Below are positions 1 through 9,526 of a stretch of 64,000 nucleotides of DNA, piece after piece. Each line of letters begins with the position of its first letter. Positions within the stretch are counted from its first letter, which is position 1. The stretch is from the NCBI GenBank assembly GCA_937923575.1, contig CALDUL010000029.1:12995-76994 (forward strand), given 5' to 3'. Both the position numbers and the translations under genes were made by a program. This DNA is from an uncultured Algimonas sp. (GTDB lineage Bacteria; Pseudomonadota; Alphaproteobacteria; Caulobacterales; Maricaulaceae). The notes below the pieces were generated by a model that saw only the letters and a list, made by a program, of their open reading frames with translations, was not told the origin of the DNA and made no database searches.

Positions 1-101
1 CGTTCCAGCACGAGCGTCTTCAACCCGCGCTCGCACAACTCCTTTGCCGCCCATCCGCCCGATATACCGGAGCCGATTACGATGGCGTCGAAGTCGGGCA
101 C
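1..101 (-). CDS. GMC family flavoprotein oxidoreductase, copy 4 (N-terminal 33 codons only; continues beyond window)
   Basis: Reverse complement of 1-101 reads GTG-PDFDAIVIGSGISGGWAAKELCERGLKTLVLE. This is a GxGxxG FAD motif homologous to the N-termini of the other three copies; the GTG overlaps the TAG of the upstream copy (TAGTG). Confidence 0.9.
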   Translation of the reverse strand, partial: MPDFDAIVIGSGISGGWAAKELCERGLKTLVLE

Positions 102-1804
102 TAGATCACGCCGTCTTTCATCAACTTGGCTGCATGGTCTGCAGCCCGCGCCGAAAACGCCATATAGGTCAGCGAGGGGTTCTGGCAGGCGGAGCTGGCC
201 ATGAAGCTGCCGTCGGTCGCGAACAGGTTAGGCACGTCGTGGCTCTGGTTCCACTTGTTCAGCACGGATGTCGTCGGGTCGTCGCCCATGCGGCAGGTGC
301 CCATCTCGTGAATGCCGTCGCCCGGTGCGTGCGGCATCAGGTCGGGCGAGTTGTTGGACCATATATCTGTCGCGCCTGCGGCCTCCAGCATCTCCACCGC
401 ATCACGCGCGGCCTGACGCACCGAATTGATCTCATTGTCGGAATTCTTCACGTCCATGACCGGAATCGGGAAGCCCCATTTGTCGCGCTTGGTATCGTGC
501 AGACGGACGTGGTTCTCATACCGCGGTAGCATTTCCGAAAAACTGACGAGGAACGCGGAATATGCGCCTGGCTTGCGAATGGAATCCTTGAACGCCTGAC
601 CGACTCCCCGCTGGTCGATACGCGACCCCCAGCCGAGGCGCTCGACATTGCCCTGAAAGCCGAAGCCGCGCAGATAGCCGTCGCCCGGCTCGGTGTGATT
701 GCGATATCGCGGGATGTAGAAGCCGTTAGGACGGCGTCCATAATAATGGATGTCCTCGAACCCGGCGATGATCCCCCCCGCCAGCGCCTTGCCCGCATGG
801 CCATGAAGATTACGCCCGACATGGCCGGAGCTGTTGGCCAGCCCGTTGGGCATTGCCTGTGACTTCGAGTTAAGCAGGATCGCCGCGGTATTGATCGTCG
901 AGGCATTCATGAAGACGACGCGGGCCGTGACTTCGACAGGCTCCTTCGTCCGGGTATTGACGCCGCGAATCCCCGTCGCGCGGTTGGTATCGGGATCATA
1001 GGTGACCGCGTGAACTGCTGTATCCGCCATCAGCGTCAGATTGCCCGTCTTCTCAGCAGCTGGGAGCGTTGCGGAGTTGGAGCTGAAATAGGCTCCAAAG
1101 GAACAGCCGCGAAAACAATGGTTGCGCGCCTGACATTGACCGCGCCCAAGCGCGATCTGTTCTTCCGTCGGCTGTGTCAGATTGGCGGCCCGTCCGATGA
1201 TGACCTTGCGTGTCGGCCAGCGCTCCTCGACCTTGGATTTAAAGAATAACTCACCCGCCGTCATGTCGTGCGGGGGCTGATACATGCCGCCACTGGGCAG
1301 AATGTCCAGTCCGTCATCATTACCGGACACGCCGATGAAACTCTCCACCCTGTCGTACCACGACGACAGATCGGCATAGCGCACAGGCCAGTCCGGGGCC
1401 GTCCCGTCCTTGGCATTGGCCTCGAAGTCGATCTCGCTCATGCGGTAGCTCTGGCGCGCCCACATGATCGAGCGACCGCCGACGTGATAACCGCGCCGCC
1501 AGGAATAATCCGTCCCATCGGCCGTCTCGTAAGGGTGGTCGATCTCGTCCGCCCAGAACTGCTTGGTGTAGCTGTGAAAGGCGTAGTAATCGGACATGAC
1601 CGGATAGCGCGCGCGCATGGCCGGGCCCGTCATGTTCAGATGTTCCATCTGCCACGGGTCCATCATGTCGGTATAGTCCTCGACCGGATCGAGCTCGCGC
1701 CCCCGCTCGATAACAGCCACCTTGAAGCCCTTCTCTGTCAGCTCCTTGGCGACCCAGCCGCCGGACATGCCGGAGCCGACCACGATGACGTCAAAGTCCG
1801 CCAC
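101..1804 (-). CDS. GMC oxidoreductase (glycoside/lactose 3-dehydrogenase-type catalytic subunit), copy 3
   Basis: GSGMSGG FAD motif, GGRSIMWAR, Cys motif CQARNHCFRGC, catalytic IHEMGT, C-terminal NPSLTYMA. Confidence 0.93.
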   Translation of the reverse strand: MADFDVIVVGSGMSGGWVAKELTEKGFKVAVIERGRELDPVEDYTDMMDPWQMEHLNMTGPAMRARYPVMSDYYAFHSYTKQFWADEIDHPYETADGTDYSWRRGYHVGGRSIMWARQSYRMSEIDFEANAKDGTAPDWPVRYADLSSWYDRVESFIGVSGNDDGLDILPSGGMYQPPHDMTAGELFFKSKVEERWPTRKVIIGRAANLTQPTEEQIALGRGQCQARNHCFRGCSFGAYFSSNSATLPAAEKTGNLTLMADTAVHAVTYDPDTNRATGIRGVNTRTKEPVEVTARVVFMNASTINTAAILLNSKSQAMPNGLANSSGHVGRNLHGHAGKALAGGIIAGFEDIHYYGRRPNGFYIPRYRNHTEPGDGYLRGFGFQGNVERLGWGSRIDQRGVGQAFKDSIRKPGAYSAFLVSFSEMLPRYENHVRLHDTKRDKWGFPIPVMDVKNSDNEINSVRQAARDAVEMLEAAGATDIWSNNSPDLMPHAPGDGIHEMGTCRMGDDPTTSVLNKWNQSHDVPNLFATDGSFMASSACQNPSLTYMAFSARAADHAAKLMKDGVI

Positions 1805-3516
1805 TAGATCACTCCGTCTTTCATGAGCTTCGCCGCATGGTCCGCCGCGCGCGCGGAAAAGGCCATGTAGGACAGAGACGGGTTCTGGCAGGCAGAGCTC
1901 GTCATGAAACTGCCGTCAGAGCAGAACAGGTTCGGTATATCGTGGCTCTGGTTCCAGCGATTGAGCGGCGCCTCGGCCGGATCGTCACCCATTCGGATTG
2001 TGCCCATTTCGTGGATGCCGTTGCCGGGCGCAGACAGATAGGCCTCTGTGATCTTGCCCTTATTCGACGCCAGCACCGTCGCGCCAGCGGCCTCCAACAT
2101 GTCATGCGCGTCGGCGGCAGCCTGCTTGACGGCGTTGATCTCGTTATCGGTCCAGCGGCAGTCCATGACCGGGATGGGAAAGCCCCATTTATCAGTCTTG
2201 GTCTTGTGTAGCGCGACATGGTTTTCGAATCGCGGCATGGTCTCGCCAAAGCTGCCGATCCAGATGTTCCATCCGCCGGGCTTCTGGATCTCCGCCTTGT
2301 AGCCCGCGCCAATTCCGGCCTCGTCAACCCGTCCACCCCAGCCAGCGCGCGTGGCGCTGCCTTGGAATCCGTAGCCACGCAGGTAGCCATCGCCCTCTTC
2401 CGTATGATTGCGGAAACGCGGAATGTAGAAGCCGTTCGGACGACGGCCATAGTGGTGAAACTCCTGCAGCCCCTCGAAATAACCATTCGCGTAGCCCCCG
2501 CCCACGTGACCGAGCAGATTGTGTCCGACATGGCCGGAGCTGTTGCCCAGCCCGTTCGGATGCTTGGCGCTCTTGGAATTGAGCAGGATCATCGCGCTCG
2601 GAATGGCCGACGCATTGAGGAAAACCGCGCGGCCCGTTATCGTGACCGGCTCCATCGTCTGCGTATTCACGCCCTCGATGCCCGTGACGCGGTTGGTCGC
2701 CTCGTCATAGCTGAGCTTGTGGACAGCCACGTCAGAGATGAGCGTCAGATTGCCCGTCCGCTCGGCCGCAGGAAGCGTAGCCGACATGGAGCTGAAGTAG
2801 GCTCCGAAAGAGCAACCCCGAAAACAGTGGTCGCGCGCCTGACAGCTGCCGCGACCGAGCGCGAGTTGCTCCTCTGTCGGTTGGGTCAGATTGGCGGCGC
2901 GGCCGATGATCATCTGGCGCGTCGGCCATTGGCCCTCGATGGCCTTCTTCATGTGCTTCTCAAGCGCCGTCATCTCGTGAGGCGGCTGGTATTTTCCGCC
3001 ATGCGGCAGCACTTCGACGTCATCATTATTATCGCCGGACACGCCCGCGAATTCTTCGGCATAGTCGTACCAGGGTGCCATTTCGGCATAGTCGACTGGC
3101 CACGGTGTGCCGTAGCCATCCGTCGCGTTCGCCTTGAAATCGATCTCGCTCATTCGGTAGCTTTGTCGCGCCCACATGATCGAGCGACCGCCCGTGTGAT
3201 GACCACGTCGCCAGCGGTAGCGCGTGCCGGGCGCAGTCTCATAGGGGTGATCCGCGTCCTTTACCCAGAACTGCTTGGTATAGCTGTGAAAGGCGTAGAC
3301 CTCCGACTGGATTGGATAGTCCTCATAGCTGTCGGGCCCCTTCATGTTGAGGTGCTCCATCTGCCACGGGTCGACCATGTCAGTGTAATCCACCTCGGGC
3401 TTCAGCTCGCGGCCGCGCTCGACAACGGCGACCTTGAAACCGCGCTCGCACAATTCCTTGGCCACCCAACCGCCGGACATGCCGGAGCCGACAACGACAA
3501 AATCGAAATCTGCCAT
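1804..3516 (-). CDS. GMC oxidoreductase, copy 2
   Basis: Same motifs (CQARDHCFRGC, IHEMGT, NPSLSYMA); 1-nt start/stop overlaps on both sides. Confidence 0.93.
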   Translation of the reverse strand: MADFDFVVVGSGMSGGWVAKELCERGFKVAVVERGRELKPEVDYTDMVDPWQMEHLNMKGPDSYEDYPIQSEVYAFHSYTKQFWVKDADHPYETAPGTRYRWRRGHHTGGRSIMWARQSYRMSEIDFKANATDGYGTPWPVDYAEMAPWYDYAEEFAGVSGDNNDDVEVLPHGGKYQPPHEMTALEKHMKKAIEGQWPTRQMIIGRAANLTQPTEEQLALGRGSCQARDHCFRGCSFGAYFSSMSATLPAAERTGNLTLISDVAVHKLSYDEATNRVTGIEGVNTQTMEPVTITGRAVFLNASAIPSAMILLNSKSAKHPNGLGNSSGHVGHNLLGHVGGGYANGYFEGLQEFHHYGRRPNGFYIPRFRNHTEEGDGYLRGYGFQGSATRAGWGGRVDEAGIGAGYKAEIQKPGGWNIWIGSFGETMPRFENHVALHKTKTDKWGFPIPVMDCRWTDNEINAVKQAAADAHDMLEAAGATVLASNKGKITEAYLSAPGNGIHEMGTIRMGDDPAEAPLNRWNQSHDIPNLFCSDGSFMTSSACQNPSLSYMAFSARAADHAAKLMKDGVI

Positions 3517-5216
3517 CAGATACTTCCTTCGCGTTTCAGCTTGGCCGCATGGTCTGCCGCGCGGGCGGAGAACGCCATGTAGGAGAGTGACGGGTTCTGG
3601 CAGCCTGCACTCGTCATGAACGAACCATCTGAGATAAACAGGTTCGGAATATCGTGACTTTGGTTGAAGCCATTAAGTACGCTGGTCGATGGATCGCGGC
3701 CCATGCGCGCCGTGCCCATTTCGTGAATACCGTCGCCGGGTGCGCTCGGCATGGCGGTCTCGGGATCGTCGCCGCGGATCATGTCCATACCCGCCGCCGC
3801 CATCATAGCGCGTGTGTCGCGCGTGGCTTGGCGGACCATGTTGATCTCATTGTCCGAGTGCTTTGCGTCGATGATGGGCACCGGAAAGCCCCAGCGATCG
3901 GTCTTCGTCTTATGCGGGCGGACGTGGTTGGAGTAGCGCGGCAATATCTCGCCAAAGGCCACGACGCCGAACCACCACTCACCCGGAGTCCGGAACGACG
4001 CCTTCCAATCCGCGCCGACGCCCGGACTATCGACCCGACCGGACCAGCTATTGCGGTAGATACGTCCTTGATAGCCATAACCGCGAGAGAAGCCTTCGCC
4101 GTCCTCCGTGTGATTGCGGAAGCGCGGAATGTAGAAACCGTTGGGCCGGCGGCCGTAATAGTGGCTTTGCAAGCTCGCAGGCATGCGGCCATAACCGCGC
4201 GCGCCGCTGAAATGGTCCATCAGATTATGGCCTAGCTGGCCCGAGCTGTTCGCCAGCCCATTCGGCGCATAATCCGTTGCGGAATTGAGCAGGATCAGCG
4301 GCGAGACGATGGCGGAGGCATTGAGAAAGACCGCATCGCCCGTAATTGTCACGCCTTCATTGGTCTTCACATTGACGCCCTGCACGCCGGTCACGCGGTT
4401 CGTCGCCTCGTCGTGCAGCACCTTGTGCACGGCGACATCGGTGATCAGCGTCAGATTGCCTGTCCGCTCTGCCGCCGGCAGCGTCGCGGAATTGGCGCTG
4501 AAATAGGCACCGAAGGAACATCCTCGAAAGCAATGGTCCCTCGCCTGGCACTTGCCGCGTCCGAGCGCTGTCTGTTCCTCAGTCGGCTGCGTCAGGTTCG
4601 CCGCGCGGCCCGGAATTACCTTTCGACCTGGGAAATTCGCCTCGACGGCGGCCTTGAACGTCTCCTCGGCGATGGTGAAATCGTGCGGCGGTTGAAACAC
4701 GCCGTCGGGCAGGATCTCGAGGCCTTCCGTCGATCCACTAATTCCGGCAAAGCGCTCCGCATGGTCGTACCACGGCGCGATATCGGCGTAGCGCACGGGC
4801 CAGTCGATTGCGAAATTCTCGCGCTTGTTGGCGGTGAAGTCGATCTCCGACATTCGGTAGCTCTGGCGCGCCCACATGATCGAGCGTCCGCCGACATGAT
4901 GACCGCGCCGCCATTTATAGTCCTGGCCTTCGGGCGTCTCGTAGGGGTGCTCCCCGTCCTTGACCCAGAACTGCTTTGTGTAGCTGTGAAAGGCGTAGAC
5001 TTCCGACTGGATCGGATAGTCGGCGAAAGTGTCAGGACCCTTGAGATTCAGATGCTCCATCTGCCAAGGATCGACCATGTCGGTGTAGTCATCGACCGGG
5101 TCGATGGCACGGCCACGCTCGACCACGGCAACCTTGAAGCCGCGCTCGCACAACTCCTTGGCCACCCAGCCACCGGACATGCCGGAGCCGACGACGACGA
5201 AGTCAAAATCCGCCAT
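3516..5216 (-). CDS. GMC oxidoreductase, copy 1
   Basis: Same motifs, with canonical GHNLMDH. Confidence 0.93.
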   Translation of the reverse strand: MADFDFVVVGSGMSGGWVAKELCERGFKVAVVERGRAIDPVDDYTDMVDPWQMEHLNLKGPDTFADYPIQSEVYAFHSYTKQFWVKDGEHPYETPEGQDYKWRRGHHVGGRSIMWARQSYRMSEIDFTANKRENFAIDWPVRYADIAPWYDHAERFAGISGSTEGLEILPDGVFQPPHDFTIAEETFKAAVEANFPGRKVIPGRAANLTQPTEEQTALGRGKCQARDHCFRGCSFGAYFSANSATLPAAERTGNLTLITDVAVHKVLHDEATNRVTGVQGVNVKTNEGVTITGDAVFLNASAIVSPLILLNSATDYAPNGLANSSGQLGHNLMDHFSGARGYGRMPASLQSHYYGRRPNGFYIPRFRNHTEDGEGFSRGYGYQGRIYRNSWSGRVDSPGVGADWKASFRTPGEWWFGVVAFGEILPRYSNHVRPHKTKTDRWGFPVPIIDAKHSDNEINMVRQATRDTRAMMAAAGMDMIRGDDPETAMPSAPGDGIHEMGTARMGRDPSTSVLNGFNQSHDIPNLFISDGSFMTSAGCQNPSLSYMAFSARAADHAAKLKREGSI

Positions 5217-5251
5217 CTAGGCCGCCTTCCCCTGCGAACCCGACGCCACGC

Positions 5252-5851
5252 CTAGGTGGCCCAAGTCTTCGGATATTTGCTGATGGGGGCTTGTCCGATC
5301 CACTCGCCGGGCACGGGCTCATAGGCCAGCTCCTCCGTGGCGCCGGGCTCGCTCATGTAATAGGCCGTGGCGACCGTCTTTTTCATGTCGCGGTAGAAAC
5401 CGTCTTCCGTCTCGCCGCCATAGACCTTGGCGTCATAGGCACCGAGAACGGCCTCGCGCTCCTGCGCCGACATGGCCACGAATTTGGTCTCACCCGATAG
5501 CGACTTGTACACGCGGCGCAGACCCTCCCGCCAATATTGACGGAAGTTGTCATCGCCCCATTCCGACGCCAGCCCCTGGATCACATCGGGCACGCCTGCC
5601 GCTACCGCGCCGGGCGTGTCCGTCGTCGGGATGATGGTGTCGGCAATGGCCGAAAGAGCCTTGATCTCGGCATCGGAGAAGAACTTGGTCGGCTTGGCAT
5701 AGCGCAGGAGATCGATCGACTCAGCTGCGGTCTGACCGGCACCGGCGCCATTTCCACAGGCCGCGAGCGCGCCGGAGGCCGAGATAGCCAGCAGACCCGT
5801 GAGCGCGCTGCGCCGGTTCATCCGGGCCTGTGTCAAGTTTAGCCTAGTCAT
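5252..5851 (-). CDS. Gluconate 2-dehydrogenase subunit 3 family protein (Tat-exported small subunit, likely lipoprotein)
   Basis: NRRSAL twin-arginine signal, LAAC lipobox, ADTIIPTTDTPGA and YYMSEPGA family motifs. Confidence 0.88.
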   Translation of the reverse strand: MTRLNLTQARMNRRSALTGLLAISASGALAACGNGAGAGQTAAESIDLLRYAKPTKFFSDAEIKALSAIADTIIPTTDTPGAVAAGVPDVIQGLASEWGDDNFRQYWREGLRRVYKSLSGETKFVAMSAQEREAVLGAYDAKVYGGETEDGFYRDMKKTVATAYYMSEPGATEELAYEPVPGEWIGQAPISKYPKTWAT

Positions 5852-7253
5852 GGGCGATCACCTCTCCGCCTGTGTCTTTTGTGATGCGGCCGCGCAGGAA
5901 CCACATGATCGCGAAGCTGATGACGAGGATCAGCGGCAGCGCGACGAGCTGAGACAGAGCGCCCTGCCCGGCTGCGAGCTCCACTGCGTCTCCGGTCAGT
6001 CCGGTCTCCTCGGCAGTCTTGCGCGCGCTATCGATCCAACCGCCGATGACAGGGTTCCAGATCGTCAGGCCGAACATGCCGGCCGCTCCGACGAGGCTCA
6101 TGCCGAGCGCACCGGATCGCGGCGCATATTCTGCCGTCACGCCGATCATGGTTGGCCAGAAGTAGCAGACGCCGACCGCGAAGACGACGGCTGCAAGATA
6201 GACCAGCGGGCCCGTGATCGTGGCGAGCATGAACAGGCCGACCGACGTCACGACCGCACCGAAGAGCAGCACGCCGAGCGGGTTCAGCGCGTGAATGACC
6301 GGACCCGCGAAATAGCGGCCGACCGCCATGATGCCTGTCACCAGACCGAGGATCAGCAGAGGCTGCGCGCCAGAGACGCTTAAGATGCGCTCGACCCATT
6401 GCTGCGTGCCGAGCTCACTTGCTGCGGTCAGGCTCATCAGACCCATCAGGATGACAAGCAGGATCGCGTCGCGTGTGCTGCCCGTGATGTTCTTAACCAG
6501 CATGAATGTCAGGACGAGAGCAATGGCCAGCGGGGCGATGAAGCCACCCGGCAGGCCGGACACCAACGCATTGGGCGTACCGATCAGAACCAACAGCGCA
6601 AAGACAGCGGCCATCAGGATCCAGGCCACAGTCGACAGGGTCGCGCGGTTCTCCTCCTTGGACACATCCGGGAACTTCGTCGTGAAGATCATGAAGCCAT
6701 AGATCAGCGTCGGGATGATCATGATCGCGATCTGCGGCTGCCAGCCTGTGTTCGCCTTGGTCATGAAGTAGGACACCAGCGCGCCGATCACGATGCCGCC
6801 GGGGAACCAGACGTGGAAGCGGTTAAGCCACTTCGTCTTGTCGTCCTTGTACATCTCCGAAATCATCGGGTTACAGGCCGCCTCGACCGAACCGTTCGCG
6901 AAGCCGATGAAGAAGGTGGAGATTAGCAGGCCCATGAAGCCGCCTGCCGTGATCGTCAGCACCAATCCCAGCAAGTGGCCGAGGAAGGCGAGGATCATGA
7001 TAAGTTTAGGCCCCAACGCATTGTAAAGAAAGCCAAACACGACCATCGCCAGCGGAAAGCCGAGGAACGCCATGCCGTTGACCCAGCCGAGCTGCGTGTC
7101 GGTCAGAGCGAACTCGGTCGAGAGCTGAGAGAGAATACCCGCGCGAATTGCAAAGGTCATCGCTGTGACGATGAGCGAAATACAACTGAGCCAGAACAGC
7201 TTATTGCGATTTATGACGCCGATGTCGGCGCCCTCTGCTGTGACAGCGACCAT
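5844..7253 (-). CDS. MFS transporter (sugar-related)
   Basis: Many hydrophobic TM segments; GFANGSVEAACNP and FHVWFPGGIVIG motifs. Confidence 0.88.
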   Translation of the reverse strand: MVAVTAEGADIGVINRNKLFWLSCISLIVTAMTFAIRAGILSQLSTEFALTDTQLGWVNGMAFLGFPLAMVVFGFLYNALGPKLIMILAFLGHLLGLVLTITAGGFMGLLISTFFIGFANGSVEAACNPMISEMYKDDKTKWLNRFHVWFPGGIVIGALVSYFMTKANTGWQPQIAIMIIPTLIYGFMIFTTKFPDVSKEENRATLSTVAWILMAAVFALLVLIGTPNALVSGLPGGFIAPLAIALVLTFMLVKNITGSTRDAILLVILMGLMSLTAASELGTQQWVERILSVSGAQPLLILGLVTGIMAVGRYFAGPVIHALNPLGVLLFGAVVTSVGLFMLATITGPLVYLAAVVFAVGVCYFWPTMIGVTAEYAPRSGALGMSLVGAAGMFGLTIWNPVIGGWIDSARKTAEETGLTGDAVELAAGQGALSQLVALPLILVISFAIMWFLRGRITKDTGGEVIAHD

Positions 7254-7304
7254 GATATTCTCCCCTTTGGTCCCGTAGTTCGGGTTCCCCTTGTCTCGGC
7301 CGGC

Positions 7305-8363
7305 TTAGGCCAGTCCGAGCATTTTTCTATTGGCTTCGACGCTCACCTCGCCGCCGGCGAAATCGTCGAAGGCTTTGTCCGTCACCTGGATCATATGCTC
7401 CGCGACGAATTTCGCGCCCTCGCGCGCACCCGCTTCCGGATGCTTCAGCGCGCATTCCCACTCCACCACGGCCCAATCGTCAAAGCCATATTGCGCGAGC
7501 TTGGAGAAAATGCCCTTGAAGTCGATCTGTCCGTCACCAAGCGACCGGAAGCGCCCGGGACGTTCCACCCAAGCCTGGTAGCCGCCGTAGATGCCGGACT
7601 TGCCGTTCGGACGGAACTCGGCATCCTTGACGTGCATCATTTTGATGCGGTCATGATAGTGATCGATGAAGGCGAGATAGTCGAGCTGCTGCAGGATGAA
7701 GTGGCTCGGATCATACAGGATGTTGCAACGCGCATGGCCGTCGACTTCTTCGAGGAAGCGCTCGAACGTCACGCCGTCATGCAGATCTTCGCCCGGATGG
7801 ATTTCGTAGCAGACATCAACGCCCTCATCCTCATAGTGGTCGAGGATAGGATGCCAGCGCTTGGCCAGTTCCGCAAAGCCCTCTTCCACCAGCCCGGCGG
7901 GACGCTGCGGCCACGGGTACATATAGGGCCAGACAAGCGCGCCCGGAAAGCTGACCGAACGGTCAAGACCAAGACGGCGGGATGCGGTCGCCGCATATTT
8001 TACCTGCTCCACCGCCCATTGCTGTCGCTCTTTGGGCTTGCCGTGCAAATGGGCGGGCGCGAAAGCGTCGAAAGCGGTGTCATAAGCCGGATGAACAGCG
8101 ACGAGCTGTCCTTGGATATGAGTCGACAGATGCGTGATCGCGACGCCGTTTTCCTCGCAGCGGCCCTTCAGCTCATCAGCGTAAGTCTGGCTCTCTGCGC
8201 ACAGCTTCAAGTCCATGACAGTCGTGTTATCGCTGGGGAGCTGCACGCCGATATAGCCCGCATCCGCCATCCAGCGGCAGGCATTCTCCAGCGTGTCGAA
8301 GGGGGCACCGCCCATAAACTGGGCCAGGAAGATCGCTGGACCTTTGATGTTCGCCAAACTCAT
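7305..8363 (-). CDS. Sugar phosphate isomerase/epimerase (xylose-isomerase-like TIM barrel)
   Basis: KGPAIFLAQF, YEIHPGED, YDPSH, HVKDAEF, EWEC metal ligands; start set at ATG 8363 (ATGA overlap with upstream gene). Confidence 0.88.
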   Translation of the reverse strand: MSLANIKGPAIFLAQFMGGAPFDTLENACRWMADAGYIGVQLPSDNTTVMDLKLCAESQTYADELKGRCEENGVAITHLSTHIQGQLVAVHPAYDTAFDAFAPAHLHGKPKERQQWAVEQVKYAATASRRLGLDRSVSFPGALVWPYMYPWPQRPAGLVEEGFAELAKRWHPILDHYEDEGVDVCYEIHPGEDLHDGVTFERFLEEVDGHARCNILYDPSHFILQQLDYLAFIDHYHDRIKMMHVKDAEFRPNGKSGIYGGYQAWVERPGRFRSLGDGQIDFKGIFSKLAQYGFDDWAVVEWECALKHPEAGAREGAKFVAEHMIQVTDKAFDDFAGGEVSVEANRKMLGLA

Positions 8364-9487
8364 ATCGAAATCTCCCGCCACGCGGCGTCATTGTTTGAAC
8401 TGTCGACCATGGCGTCGATGAAGGCCATGCCGCGCAATGCGCTGTCGATGCCGGCCGACACGCCCTTACCTGATCGGACCGCTTCAGCGAACTCCAGGTA
8501 AACGTTTGCGAAGGCCTCGATATAGCCTTCCGGATGGCCGGGCGGTGTGCGGAACATCGCTTGGGTGTCTTCGTGCAGATAACCCATGCCCGCGCGTAGC
8601 ACTTCGGTGGGGCGGTCGAGATAGGTGCGGATGACCGTGTTCGGCTCTTCTTGATACCATTCCAACCCGCCGGTTTCGCCGTAGACGCGGAGGCTGATCG
8701 TATTCTCTTTACCGACGCAGATCTGCGAGGCCGACAGGACGCCCTTGGCCCCGCCGCTCATGCGGAACAGCGCGGAGCCGTCATCATCCAGCCGGCGACC
8801 CGGCACGAACGCCGTGAGGTCCGCCGCGACATGGGTCATGGTCTGGCCGGTCACATATTCCGCGAGGTTGTGCGCGTGGGTGCCGATGTCGCCGATCGCG
8901 CCCGCCGCGCCGGACCGCGCGGGGTCCACACGCCAATCGGCCTGCTTGCCCTGAATGGGCTCGGCCAGCCAGCCTTGGATGTATTCGGCAAAAACCTTTC
9001 GCACTGGGCCGATGCCGCCGTTTGCGACGATGGTCTTCATCTCGTGAACCATAGGATGACCGAGATAGGTGTGGGTCAGGCCGTAGGAGAGCTCGGGCTT
9101 TGCTTTCAGGATATCACGCAGCGCTGCCGCTTCCGCATAGTTCAGCGTGGCAGGCTTGTCGGACAGCACGTGAAACCCAGCTTCCAGCGCCGCTTTGGCT
9201 ACCGGGAAATGGACATGGTTCGGTGTCACGATCGCGACGAACTCCATCCGCTTGTCCTCCGGCAAGGCGGCTTCGGCGCGCATCATGGCGTTGAAGTCAG
9301 CATAGGCACGGGCGGGGTCGAGCCCCAATTCCGCAGCAGTCGCCCGCGTATTGTCAGCATCGCGCGAGAACGCACCGCAGACGAGTTGCACGCGTCCATC
9401 GAGCCGTGCGGCAAGTCTGTGGACCGCGCCGATAAAAGCGCCCTGCCCGCCGCCGACCATACCCATGCGTAAAGGTGCGTTGTTCAT
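8360..9487 (-). CDS. Gfo/Idh/MocA NAD(P)-dependent oxidoreductase
   Basis: GMVGGGQGAFIG Rossmann motif, TPNHVH, DKP, GDIGTH. Confidence 0.92.
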   Translation of the reverse strand: MNNAPLRMGMVGGGQGAFIGAVHRLAARLDGRVQLVCGAFSRDADNTRATAAELGLDPARAYADFNAMMRAEAALPEDKRMEFVAIVTPNHVHFPVAKAALEAGFHVLSDKPATLNYAEAAALRDILKAKPELSYGLTHTYLGHPMVHEMKTIVANGGIGPVRKVFAEYIQGWLAEPIQGKQADWRVDPARSGAAGAIGDIGTHAHNLAEYVTGQTMTHVAADLTAFVPGRRLDDDGSALFRMSGGAKGVLSASQICVGKENTISLRVYGETGGLEWYQEEPNTVIRTYLDRPTEVLRAGMGYLHEDTQAMFRTPPGHPEGYIEAFANVYLEFAEAVRSGKGVSAGIDSALRGMAFIDAMVDSSNNDAAWREISI

Positions 9488-9526
9488 TGATCCCCTCGCT
9501 GACCTCCGCCTTATGGCGATTACCTT

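Noticed and set aside
101-5216. GMC triplication as an assembly artefact
   Set aside because: Copies differ throughout, with indels and different lengths (566-570 aa), and keep intact frames.
2218-8501. Long plus-strand ORFs (2218-3582, 4413-5255, 6975-8501)
   Set aside because: Antisense shadows of well-supported minus-strand genes; expected in high-GC DNA and show no motifs.
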